Shown in pieces: positions 23,987-34,900 of a stretch of 64,000 bases of DNA; position 1 is the first letter of the stretch, and each line of letters opens with the position of its first letter. The stretch is taken from the NCBI GenBank assembly GCA_001949185.1, contig BDGG01000003.1, forward strand, positions 5,019,092 to 5,083,091, read 5' to 3'. A program made the position numbers and the translations under genes. The notes below the pieces were generated by a model. The model did not search any database. It saw only the letters and a program-made list of their open reading frames with translations, and was not told the origin of the DNA. The stretch is from Ramazzottius varieornatus (lineage: Eukaryota; Animalia; Tardigrada).

Positions 23987-24284
23987 CGTGCAAAGTTAGC
24001 CGGCCTATACCGGACTTGTAAAGTTAGCCACCGCTGTGCCGCATGGTGCTTGATTGGTTAGTTGATTGTCGGTCCAGGCTCTTTAACATAAGGATTTTCC
24101 CGTTTCGGAACTGAAAATCTCCTGGATTCTGTGAATCTTCACGTACATAGAGGCTAGTACCATTTGACATCCCGTTGTTTTATCTATCAACTTATCCATA
24201 AAAGTTTGGGAATAAGTGCGAAAGAACAGGCCAGTTTGGATGACTAACTTTACAAGTCCGGTTTAAGCCGGCTAACTTTACCCG
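23987..24284. mobile_element. MITE-like element with ~45-bp TIRs
   Basis: aaagttagccggcctataccggacttgtaaagttag pairs with ctaactttacaagtccggtttaagccggctaacttt. Confidence 0.75.
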
Positions 24285-24365
24285 TTTTTCCGCATATAGT
24301 CAGAAATATTTTCTGTGAGACTGACCGATATTATTTTTTCAGGTTGCTTCTATGGAACTATAGTT

Positions 24366-25075
24366 TAGGGATGTTAATTATCCATCTACAACGAACGTAT
24401 CCGGATATATCCGGATAAAACCTGAATTGGTTAAGGATTTCATCCATTCAGATCTTGACCGGATAAAATTCTTATCCATCCGGTTACGATCCGGATAATA
24501 TCTGTATCCATCCAATATTTATCCGGTTAAACGTACCTGAATCAATCAGACAATCAAAGCAGAACACCCCAGTCTCACTAACGTTATATAGCAGTACGGG
24601 GGAACGTTGCGATGCGCAGGCCTTCTCTACTGTCAACAGCGCACCGGAAGTCGGCTTATTAAACATGGTTTATCGTTTCGCTTTCCACTTGTTTGCTTCG
24701 ATCATTCTGATCAACAGCTCCTTGTCCATTATTAGTTGACGGGCTATAGCCCGTAGGCCAGCATTCAAGGTTTCTCTGGTGGTGGTCGATACGTCACACT
24801 CCTTCGTAACCGCCTAGAACCTAAGGCCGTCCAGGCCCTGTTCTTTGAAATCTTGGACGGCGGTTTCGAAGCTATGGTAGCAATTTCGATATGCGATGAT
24901 GAATAGATAACCTAGGTGTTTGGTGGTTTTGACTTGGCTCCAGTAATTGTATAACGATTTTCAATTAAAACGTTTAACCGGATTATATCCGGATATAAAA
25001 GTTTTATCCAGGTCCCTGGATGGATAAAACTTCTATCCATCCGTTTAACCGTTTATCCATCCATTAATAACCCTA
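24366..25075 (+). mobile_element. Non-autonomous hAT transposon derivative
   Basis: TIR tagggatgttaat / attaataacccta, perfect 8-bp TSD ctatagtt, subterminal TATCC/GGATA repeats, and a hAT dimerisation-domain remnant FSGGGRYVTLLRNRLEPKAVQAL at ~24773-24840. Confidence 0.92.
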
Positions 25076-26233
25076 CTATAGTTCCTCTCAAGAGTAAGAA
25101 CGTTGCGTATACTTTCTTTGAGTCTGTGCCGTGGCTATGGAATCCGCTTCCGGCTAGACGACTGAGTTTCAAGAAAGCTATTGGAATGGTGCCTGTTGAC
25201 TTTACGAAAGGTGTGTCGGGAGAAGACCTACGCACTTATGCTCCTGTCCAGTCCTAGACTCATGGCAAAAATATTCGTGCACCGTCCGTCCCGGGAGACA
25301 ATGAAGGAACCCAAATGTATGGACATGTATGGCATTCTCCTTTGCAGGAAACTCACTTGCGATATTGTATTACATGCTTCTTGAACTTCGCGAATCACGT
25401 AAGCGTACGCGTGGAATTAAACCCCGGCCCGGTGACTACACCCTACCAACCCCCAGGGGGATATTCCGCGCGTATTATGACGTATTGCGCGAAGTTGAAG
25501 AAGCATCACAGTATTATTCTTGTGCTCAAGCTGTTTCTCGTCGGTAAAGTGTCTCGACTCTTTCCGTTAGTTTAGTTTACTTAAAGGTACCGAGGTAGCA
25601 TTTTATAGTTCGCAACTGTAGCTGTGAACTGCGTGATCTGTTGAGACTGATGTAAAGGCCCTCTCGTGAGTGACTGGAAATAAAGACGTCAGGACTTGGA
25701 CGTTGCCACGAAGCTTGATATTGGTACTGGTATGTTTGCGCCACTGTGGTCACTGGCCAGGCAACTTAAGGTTTTTGAGTTCGCATTCAGGAAAGTCTTG
25801 GTGTCCCAGGTTCGTGGGACATGTGAGCGTGAGGACCTGCAGTCGTAGACCACCGGAAGTTGTGCAGGTGGCGCTGTGATCAAAGCGCTGTCACGACCGG
25901 ATGTGATTGTGATGTACTATTTCAGTACATTGCGAACGAGTGATGGAAACTCGAACTTTCGCCACGGAGCTTCAGCATCCTGCCAACTGCCATCTTCATT
26001 CTAGTAAGTAGGAGGCTTGTCAGGAGTGGCAACAGATTCGTAACATTGACACTATCCAAGGTTCCGACTATACATTTAGAGGAAGCCTTCAATATTCAAG
26101 CCGATGACAGCTGACGATCAACCTTAGCAATCGCAACCCGGAAGATGCGTAAAAACGCAGAGTACACACGATAGTACGTTCATTCAGCTTTCTCGCAACT
26201 TCCGAATGCGTGTCGAGGTCCCAACACGTCACG

Positions 26234-29211
26234 ATGAGTTCTTTCCTTTCTTGTTTCTTGATGACTGGCCTCGTCGCGTTGTTGGCCGTTAACGTTGACG
26301 CGTTATCTGTTCATTATGAAACCCTTTTCCGTGGAATAACGTACACTGCAGGTACTCCGTACGCGGGAACCCCTTACTGGACCTCGGAAGATGGGGAATG
26401 GAAAGGCTATGCTTATTACGGTATTAAGTACGCCAACGCGAAGCGCTTCGAGGTACGATACAGTTCATATCGCTTATTTCACCGACTTGAGTTGGAAGCT
26501 TGAAAAACGAACCCCACCAGATTGCCTTCCCAAGTGGCGCACGCTTTCGGTGGCATTGGCTGCAACCGTGTGCCACTTGGGAAAACGATCTCGAAACTCT
26601 GCTAGACCTCTTTCCCAAGTGGCGCACGCTTTCGATGTTGTTGGCTGGAAGCGTGCATGAACACTTGGAAACGATGTGCTCGAATGTCGAGCTCGGCATT
26701 GGGCACTTGAATTCATTTCCTTTATAGCCTTCTACGATCAACACGGACCACACTTACCTGCAGAACGCCAGCCGTCCTCTGAAGGGCTACGCTTGCCCGC
26801 AGAACCCAACAGAAGCGCCCTACGTTACTGAAACTCCAATACTAATGCGTGAAGATTGCTTGTACTTGGACGTTTATGTTCCGCCTGTTTACCGGGGCCA
26901 CCAAAAGCTGGGATGGAGCACATGGCCAGTTCTTATGTGGATCCACGGCGGAGGTTTCTCCAGTACGGTTGCTTACCAGCCTGGCTTTGTTCAAATGCTC
27001 ATTGAATTTTGCTAACTGTATATTTTGATTTTGCTTCTTTTTAGTGGGTTACAAGGACGCCTTCGACGCTTCGGACCTTGCTTCGTCGATCGGAACGGTT
27101 ATCGTGGTACCCAATTACCGTGTGGGACCCTTCGGTAAGTTCAATAACTGTTACTCAACGAACTGAATGAAACTGATGGTTAATTGTCTTCCTGTAGGGT
27201 TTCTGAGTACTGGCGATAACAATGCTCCTGGGAACTTTGCCTTGTACGATATCAAGCTAGCTTTGAAATGGGTCCACACCAACATCCATTCTTTCGGTGG
27301 CGACCGCAGTAAGATCACGTTGGCTGGAGAGCGAGCAGGAGGCGCCCTCGTCTCCATGGCCCTTCTCGACGAACAAGTTCGGGGTAGGACGATGCCGAAT
27401 ATTCTACCTTGGATTCTAGACCGATGAAGTTCTGAAGGCTCGAACTGAAATTGATTTGTTGACTCTAGATGTGGTGCATGGCGCCATGACGTTCAGCGGA
27501 AACGTCTTCTCCCCATGGGCGATCAAACCAAACCCGCAGAAAGTGGTCAGAGAGCTGGCGGAGGAGCTAAGCTGTCCTCTGAATACTACGGTAGGACAAG
27601 TGAGCTGTCTGAAACGAGCGACACTGGAGGGTCTCCTGGATGCCACAGTCAAGGTGGAACGGCGAAGCGGAAGTGCCGCAGTGGTAAGCGCCATGCAGGA
27701 GATCGGCAAACGGAACGTGCAAGGCGATGCTGTCTCAAGTGGCGCACTCTTCTGGACAGTAACAATTGGAGAGTGCGCCACTTGGAGTGGCGATCCTTAA
27801 CAAAGCGCTTTGTTCACCGGCCTGCTGCCACGTATGCCTTGCACTGGGAATCGACGAACGAATGTGGCATTGACAAAAAATGGTATGGTGAACAGATGGA
27901 TCTGCTATGGGGACCCGTGATCGACGGCAACCAAGTCCCGTTCGCGCCATCCTGGCTGCTCGATGGCATCGAATGGAAGTGGAAGGGAGGATACGTCACG
28001 GGATACTTGACCAACGACGGTGTTCGCCCGCTACTTAGTAAGTGTCATCTTTGGCGACCAGACTCATTTGACTCTGATTCGAACAACTTGCTTTTGTTGG
28101 AGGGAAAATACCGCGGGTCTTCGGCAACAACATGCTGGATCACGACTGGATCTTGCAAACCTTCATACCGACGGTCCTCGAAGACGCCTTCAAGTGCAGA
28201 GTTTCAACTCGCTCGCCGGAACTCTCTCGTATGGTGTATGACCGGTATGGGTTCGTCCATAGTCGTCATCAAGAAGACTTACGCAACAAGATCATTCGTG
28301 TAAGATTCGTCATTACGCTTCCTCAAAAAAACTAGCGAACTCGTGACCGTGACACTTTTCTTAATTGCAGCTGACAACAGATTTGTTTTTCGCTGTGCCC
28401 GCGATGAAAGAAAGCATCATGTTCGCGACGAATCACGTTGCCAGTACTGGCAACCAGCTGTACGTTATGGCCAGCGAGAACGATGAAGGACGAGAATGTA
28501 AGCTTGACTTCCGTTCCTCTTACTTCCGGGAAAATCTGTCAGCGACGAAACTAATTCCTAATTTAGTGTGCCATATTTTCTAGTTTCTCTGCCAATGTCT
28601 GACGTGTCAAGTCTCTTCAGCCCATTGAAGGAAACTGACGGACTCGCACCAGCTGACGTTGTGGTCTCACGAGAGTTGCGAAGACTCCTGAGTCACGTTG
28701 TAAGGAGTGGGTAAGTTGAAGAACTGTTGAAAGACGTATGGGAGCTCGGCAAACAAACTCAACCACATCGTTCTTCCAAGTGGGGCACGAGTTAGTCAAT
28801 ATCAGTGAGAACGTGCGCCGCTTGGGAAAGCGATTCAGATGGTTTTTCCTATTGGCGCACGTCCCGACCAAAATAACTGAACAAGTGCGCCGCTGGAGGA
28901 AGCAATCGAATTCGACGAGATCGTTTTTCCAAGTGGGGCACTTACACGAATATCGGCTGGAACTTTGCGCTGCTTCGATGAAAGAAACTTGTCCAGTTTG
29001 CTCACTAAGCTCTTATACCTCCCTGTTGACAGATTAATGAAATATTAATCGTTTTTCTGTTCGTAGGACCGGCTTCGGAAGTCAGTTCGATCCTAAGATG
29101 GGTAATCGCCTCTTCCTGAAGAGCAAACACGAAATGTTTTCTCATTGCATTAACGGTGCCCTCGAGTCTCTGGTCGCGTTTTGGGAGAATGTGCGGAAAA
29201 TGGGCTGCTAA
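26234..29211 (+). CDS. Secreted type-B carboxylesterase/cholinesterase-fold protein, probably non-catalytic (multi-exon)
   Basis: Signal peptide, YYGIKYA, EDCLYLDVYVP, WPVLMWIHGGGF, NYRVGPFGFL, GNFALYD, ITLAGERAGG, WGPVIDG, TDLFFAVP. Ends VAFWENVRKMGC*. Confidence 0.9.
26493..26700. repeat. Intronic palindromic element, 2 units (26531, 26616)
   Basis: Two N25 units, period 85 bp, esterase intron 1. Confidence 0.9.
27700..27825. repeat. Intronic palindromic element, 1 unit (core 27736-27784)
   Basis: Perfect caagtggcgcac-N25-gtgcgccacttg. Confidence 0.85.
28740..29010. repeat. Intronic palindromic element, 3 diverged units (28777, 28849, 28930)
   Basis: Spacers ~24 nt, last esterase intron. 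Confidence 0.8.
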
Positions 29212-29852
29212 CAGGTCCCATGCTCGGGAGTAACTGGCAGTATTACGAGCGTCGATCACGACGACCGTAGATCTTATTCAGCTTAATTATGATGTAGCGT
29301 CAAGTTTCAGGCTTCAGGGTCATAAAACATTGACGTTGATGGTTAACTTTACTGACATAAAATTGGCCTCTAGCGGGTTAATCGCGTCACGCGGATCAGT
29401 GAGCTTTATTTGTGACCTTATCTTGTGCAAAACAGTATGAATAATTACCAGCACAACTGCCATCCACATATTTTTCTGTTTCATGGTGCTTGTAGTTTTT
29501 TTCCGGAGGATGGAGATGGAGAAAGTATTTGTCTGATTATCGGCGTAACAAGGAAGTCATCAAAGTGAATAGTGGTGGCACGAGGTCCGGGCCAGCATTC
29601 AGTGCACTGTTCCATTGTACTTTGACCGGAGTGGCGCGTCATAAGTCTGACAACTTTGCGGACCGTTGATTGGTTGATTTGATTTTTCCGTTGGACACTG
29701 GGCAGTGAAATTTTTGGGAAATCGCCTTCGTTTCCCAGAAAGTTGTTTCGCGAGACATGCTTTCTGCCTGTAAGCTCGATCATCATTCTTGCTCTTCCGG
29801 GCTTTCGAGGCCTGTTCTGCGTCTAAGGTCGACCAGCGTCTGAGAGACTGAG

Positions 29853-31587
29853 ATGGGGGACGGGAAGATCGAGCAAAGCGCTCTTCTCCGTGAGCTCGAC
29901 CAGCTGTCTGATTACGAAAAGGAGCACATCCGTCTGGTTCTGCTACGCCACGAGCAGCTGGAGCAAGGACAGGACCAGAAAGTCAAGTGAGTACCACAGA
30001 ACAGTTATTTTATTTTGGAAGCTATCGAATCAGCTTTCGGATGGCTGTGATTTAGGGCGCTCAAGGATGAACTAGTATTTCTTCAACGTGGAGCGGACGC
30101 CTGCGCAGACTTCCTCGATTCTGAGTTATCCTGCAAGCTATGTGGAGCAGAGTTCCGGAAGTTCATTCGTACTGATCGTCGTTCCTGTGACTCCTGTACC
30201 AGAGTTGTCTGCTTCAACTGCGTCACTCATGTCGACAAGGCAAAGAGAACGGTCTTGTGTTTGATTTGCGCCAAAGGATGGTTAGTCCATATGGAAATTC
30301 ACCCAGATCTGAAGTGGCGCACGTTTTCATTGTTGCTGGCTCAGAGCTTGCGTCACCTCGAAATGTGTTCTCGAAAGTCAATGTGACTGATTCTCCAAGT
30401 GGCGCAGTCTGTTATTGTTATTGATCAAGAACGTGCGCCAGTTGGGAGAACGATCTGGGTGAATTCAGTTGCAGCGTTCCGTTTTTGTCTACCAGTTGCC
30501 TTCTTTTGCGCATTGATACTAATGAGTTATTGTTTTTTAGGGAAATATGGCAGATTTCGGGGGAATGGTTCAAGCCGAAGAAAGACAGGGAGAACGCAGT
30601 TTCCGTCTTGAAGATGGGACTGGACCCTCCGCATCGAATCACGAAGCCCTTCCTTTCTGCTTCCACCGACATCCTGAACCCTCGAACTCCTGACGCGGAC
30701 AGTACAAAGGAAAAAGCTAAACGGCAGCTTTCGCGACCTGGATCGGAAGGAGACCTCCTCTTTGCTCGACGAAGTCTTCACATCAACGCCAAATACGGTA
30801 AGCAACTTGATGGGTTGACTAACTTCCGGGTTGTGGATTTTTCTTATTGATGGTTTCAGAGCCTCGCAGTGATCGCAGCTTCTTGCCCCCGATGGTCGAG
30901 CGCATCTACCATCTTGAGGAAAAAGTCACCGTAGGTCTACGCCAGGCTCTCTTCGACGCTTCAGCCACCAAAAACGGAAACACAGCTCAGAAAGCCATCC
31001 AACAGACCAAAGAGCCCAAGTCCCATCAGTCACAGCCCGAAGAGGAAGTCACAGTCACCAACACTCACGGTAGGAAGTCAGTCACTTGGCAAGTGAACCG
31101 CGGTATCGACATGTCTCCCAAACGTCCTTCCAAACGAATTAAGGACGTCACTCCGCTCAAAGTCGTTCCATTTAGCACACCGGAAGTGCCCATGAAAGAA
31201 ACCGACCCTCAGCTTCGCCTGGCTTTCAACTACGACGATGGTCAGTTAGAAGTGTACATCATGCGTTGTCGTAATTTACCTGTAGGGAAGTCGGACAAGC
31301 ATCTGCTGCCCAGTCCGTACGTCAAGGCCTACTTGGTGTCGCCCAATGGTGTGAGGATCAAGCGCAAGACGTCGACGAAGAAGAAGACGTGTGATCCAGA
31401 GTTCAATGAGGTGCTGCGCTTTCCCGTAGCGAAAGAAGAGGTGACCAAGTGGACGCTGCGATTGATGGTTTGTGTGAAGAGAGGCTTTCTGTATTTTATG
31501 ACGAATATACTGGAGATGACGACCATGGTTGTGACGGAAGAGTACATGGAACTGGAACGACCGCTTTGGGTCCATTTCCATCAATAA
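29853..31587 (+). CDS. Synaptotagmin-like / Rab effector protein (Slp homology domain with zinc finger plus one C2 domain)
   Basis: LSDYEKEHIRLVLLRHEQLEQ, CKLC...CDSC...CFNC...CLIC, SGEWF motif, C2 domain PSPYVKAYL...KRKT..KKKTCDPEFNEVLRF. Four exons. Confidence 0.88.
30290..30482. repeat. Intronic palindromic element, 2 units (30311, 30396)
   Basis: Two N25 units, period 85. Confidence 0.85.
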
Positions 31588-31997
31588 TCAAAGAAAATTC
31601 TTTCGAGAAATTTCAGTTGGTTCTTTTGATAGTTTTATCGTTTAAACCAATGCGAATAGTTTTTTTGAACTTGGTCTATTTGATCATTTCTCCTGCTCCG
31701 TTTTCAGAGCCTGTTGAAAAATCACACGCACAGTTTTTTCCTCGTGGTGATGTGTAGTATAGAGTTTAGTTTACTTTCCACGCTATTTCATGTGATGGTT
31801 GTGCTTTCCTTCTCAGGGGAAAAATGATAAAAAGGGCATGACTATGAACTTGCTCTTCGTAAATGTGACTGCAAGATTTACGACGAGATCACGAAAGTTA
31901 TGATGGAAACCAACACAATGTGTTAAAACAACAAATTAACACCGAACTTTGACAAAAGAAAAAAATGATCACAGTCTTCCGGACGGAAAGATACAGT

Positions 31998-34900
31998 CTA
32001 CGCGTATGAAGATACTATTTCCGTCGATTCTTTGCTCCTGATTGAAAGTCATGTTTCCATCCTTTAGGCACTGTAGGTTTTGGCCAACCACTCTGACCGG
32101 CAAGCCTGACGAACAAAAGCCAATCAGGTTCGATTATGGTTCCGATATATTCTCAAGTCCGACTTACTTTTTGCGCTTTGCAGGGGATTCTTCCTCGTCG
32201 TCCGAGTACGAAACAAAGCTGCTACTTCCGTAATCTTCATCCTGCACGAAAGGCTGCGAAAAGATATCCGAGTGGTTGTAGACTTTCTTCCGATGTCTTC
32301 CCAGCACCTCGTCCGTCGTCGGGTCTCGTCGCTGAAGTGCCTGAGCGTAGATTGCTTGCATATCTAAAAGACGGACAGAAATAAACAGTCATTGACGTCA
32401 TCTTTCGAATGCAATGGCACCTCGGTAACTAGTCCAGTCGAATCGTCATAACATGTGGCGCATGCTTCCAATGTTAATGGCTGAGATCGTGCGCCAATTG
32501 GGAGAAAACGATCTCGAAACTCAGCAAGATTGGTTTCTCAAGTGGCGCACGGTCTGGGTTCTATTGGCTGAGGGATGCGTCACTTGGCAAAATGATCTGG
32601 GTGAATTTATCTGCCGACGTCCAGATGGTCAGCTGAGAAAATGTAAGCCAGGTACTTACAGGAAGGATCTTCAGCTGGTGCTTGGGACGCAATCAAGCTC
32701 GATGTGTCTTGGTCGAGCTCATCTTCCTCTTCGTCCGACGAACAAGTGTGGTCTGCTGACACTTCAGCTTGGTCGTCGATGAACTCTAGAGCACGAAGAC
32801 GGGGTATAACCAGCGGCGGCTTCTTACTGGCCAGTCGCTTGCCTCCAACCTTGGCTCCTCCCGGCTGTACACACACATCCAGTGTCAGTTTGCATTCAAA
32901 TATGATATCCACCAGCTCGAAAAAACGCGGCAGGAAAAGCTGACCTGTTTGAACGGAGACTTGAAGGGCTGTTGTGGATTTCGCTGGCGCTTCTTGGCGA
33001 TCACCGGAGACTTCAGGGAAATCTCCGACCTCGAAGACCCGATGCCGGAAGAATGTCGAGGAGGACGACAAGGTCTCTCGGCGCTTTCGGGAGACACTGC
33101 AACAACGGCTTTCTTTCGCGGAACCAATATCCGCGACACGTCTTCGCCTGAAAAACCACATGAAAGTCTCTACTTAGATTTCACATAAAAAAAAGTTACT
33201 CGATAGTATACAGTATTTTCGTAGTCAGAGTACTCTTCAAATTTCATTTTCTTGAACTAGAATTTCAGCAGCGAATTGCTGTATTATTTTCCTGTCAAAC
33301 TTACAGCTATGGTTAGGAAGGCCCGACATCTTCAGCGGTGACTTTGACCGCGCAACTTTCTCCGGTGTGATACACTGTAGCGAGTCGTCCACCACCATCT
33401 TCCTATTCTCACTTCCCGACCTATCCAGCTCCGCCACCACCACGTCTTCCTTTCCTCTTCTCTTCTTCTTCTCCACCTTCACTTTCTCACCCGACACATC
33501 CACCAGTTTCATCTTCCCCACCTCTTGCGAGATACTTTCCTCCACGCCACTCTTCTTCTCTTTTTCACCCATCGGGCTTTCCGCCGCCAGCGCCACGAAC
33601 GGTAACGTCGGTGGTATCTCCATGCATACCGGCAAGCCTTCCACATCCAGCGAATCCGCCGGTTCAAACTGCCTTTCCCTCTGCTTCACTTCCTCCAACA
33701 GCTCTTCCTCTTCCGCTCGCAACGCCGTCTCGTCCGGAAAGGAGCAGGGTATCAAGTCTTCTCCATCCAAGTCACTCTCGTCGCCTATCGAACCTTTCAC
33801 CTTCGACACGGAACTCCTCGGCTGTAACTGCTCTATGGGTGACATCGGTCTCGGAACGAACTCTCTTGTCTCATCGAACCTATTCAACCTCTTCGCCGTG
33901 GTTCGAGTGCGATCACACACCGGACTGATATCCGGTGTGACCATCAACCGTCGTCTCGTACGATCGTGTCTCGGCGTGGAGTAACTCAGCGGACCACCAC
34001 TACCACCGTTACCAGCGCCACCGGCAGGATGGAAAGTGTCGTTGATACGAGAAAAAGCCGGTTGAAGAGGCGAGAGAAAAACATCGTCGGAAATGACTTC
34101 GGTGGTACTCTTCTTTGGAGAGACTTCAGAAGAAAAGTCTAGTTTGAAATTTGGAAGGTTGATTTCCAAATTATTTTTACTGTTTTCGTCAGGTCTGTTT
34201 TGCTGTGAGGTGATGGACTGTGTGGTGGGTATGAGTGGTGTTTCTTGGACCATGACGCGTTGCTGCTGCTGCTGTTGGTGTGGTTCTGGTGAGAAGGATG
34301 TGCTGGGACGGTTGATGAAGCTCAAAGCACCGTTGATGGACAGCATGGAAATGTCAGTTTGCTTGTCGGTCTCAGGTTGCTTCGGAGGGTCGTTCCACGT
34401 CTCCCAGTTTTCCATCTGAAGGTTTGCGATGTCTTCTTTCTCTGCTTGACTGAGTCCTTCGGCTGGCTTTACTTCTTCAACGACGTCGGGGTTCGCCTTC
34501 GGCTGGTCGATGACGGTGTCGTCCTCTGTGAGAAGACTAGTGTCAACTTTTGAGGAATTATCCAACGGCGGAGCTGCCAAGTTGAAGGCTTCAGGTTCGT
34601 GAGGCACCTCTTCCACGGTCTGCAGTGAAGACTGTCTGGTGGTCGACGGAGCTGCTTGTTCTGGCGGGGCTTCTGGAGATGGTACGATGGGCTGTGGAGT
34701 GGAAAGACTGCAGAGCTTGGTTGGATGGATGACTCGCTTCGACACCTGCAAGGACAGATCAGAGTCAGCTTTGAAATGTCGACGAATAAATTCACTTAGA
34801 TCATCTCCCCAAGTGACGCACGCTGTAAGCCAATAACAATGAGAACGTGCGCCACTCGGGAAAACGGTCTGCTGCCTCGACAAGATTTACTTGTCAAGTG

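Noticed and set aside
26391-26753. Many short ORFs sharing peptides such as FPKWRT, QVAH and CATWE
   Set aside because: They are translations of the intronic palindromic element, not a protein family.
33367-33984. 205-aa Ser-rich plus-strand ORF
   Set aside because: It is the antisense shadow of a Glu/Lys-rich FANCM exon.
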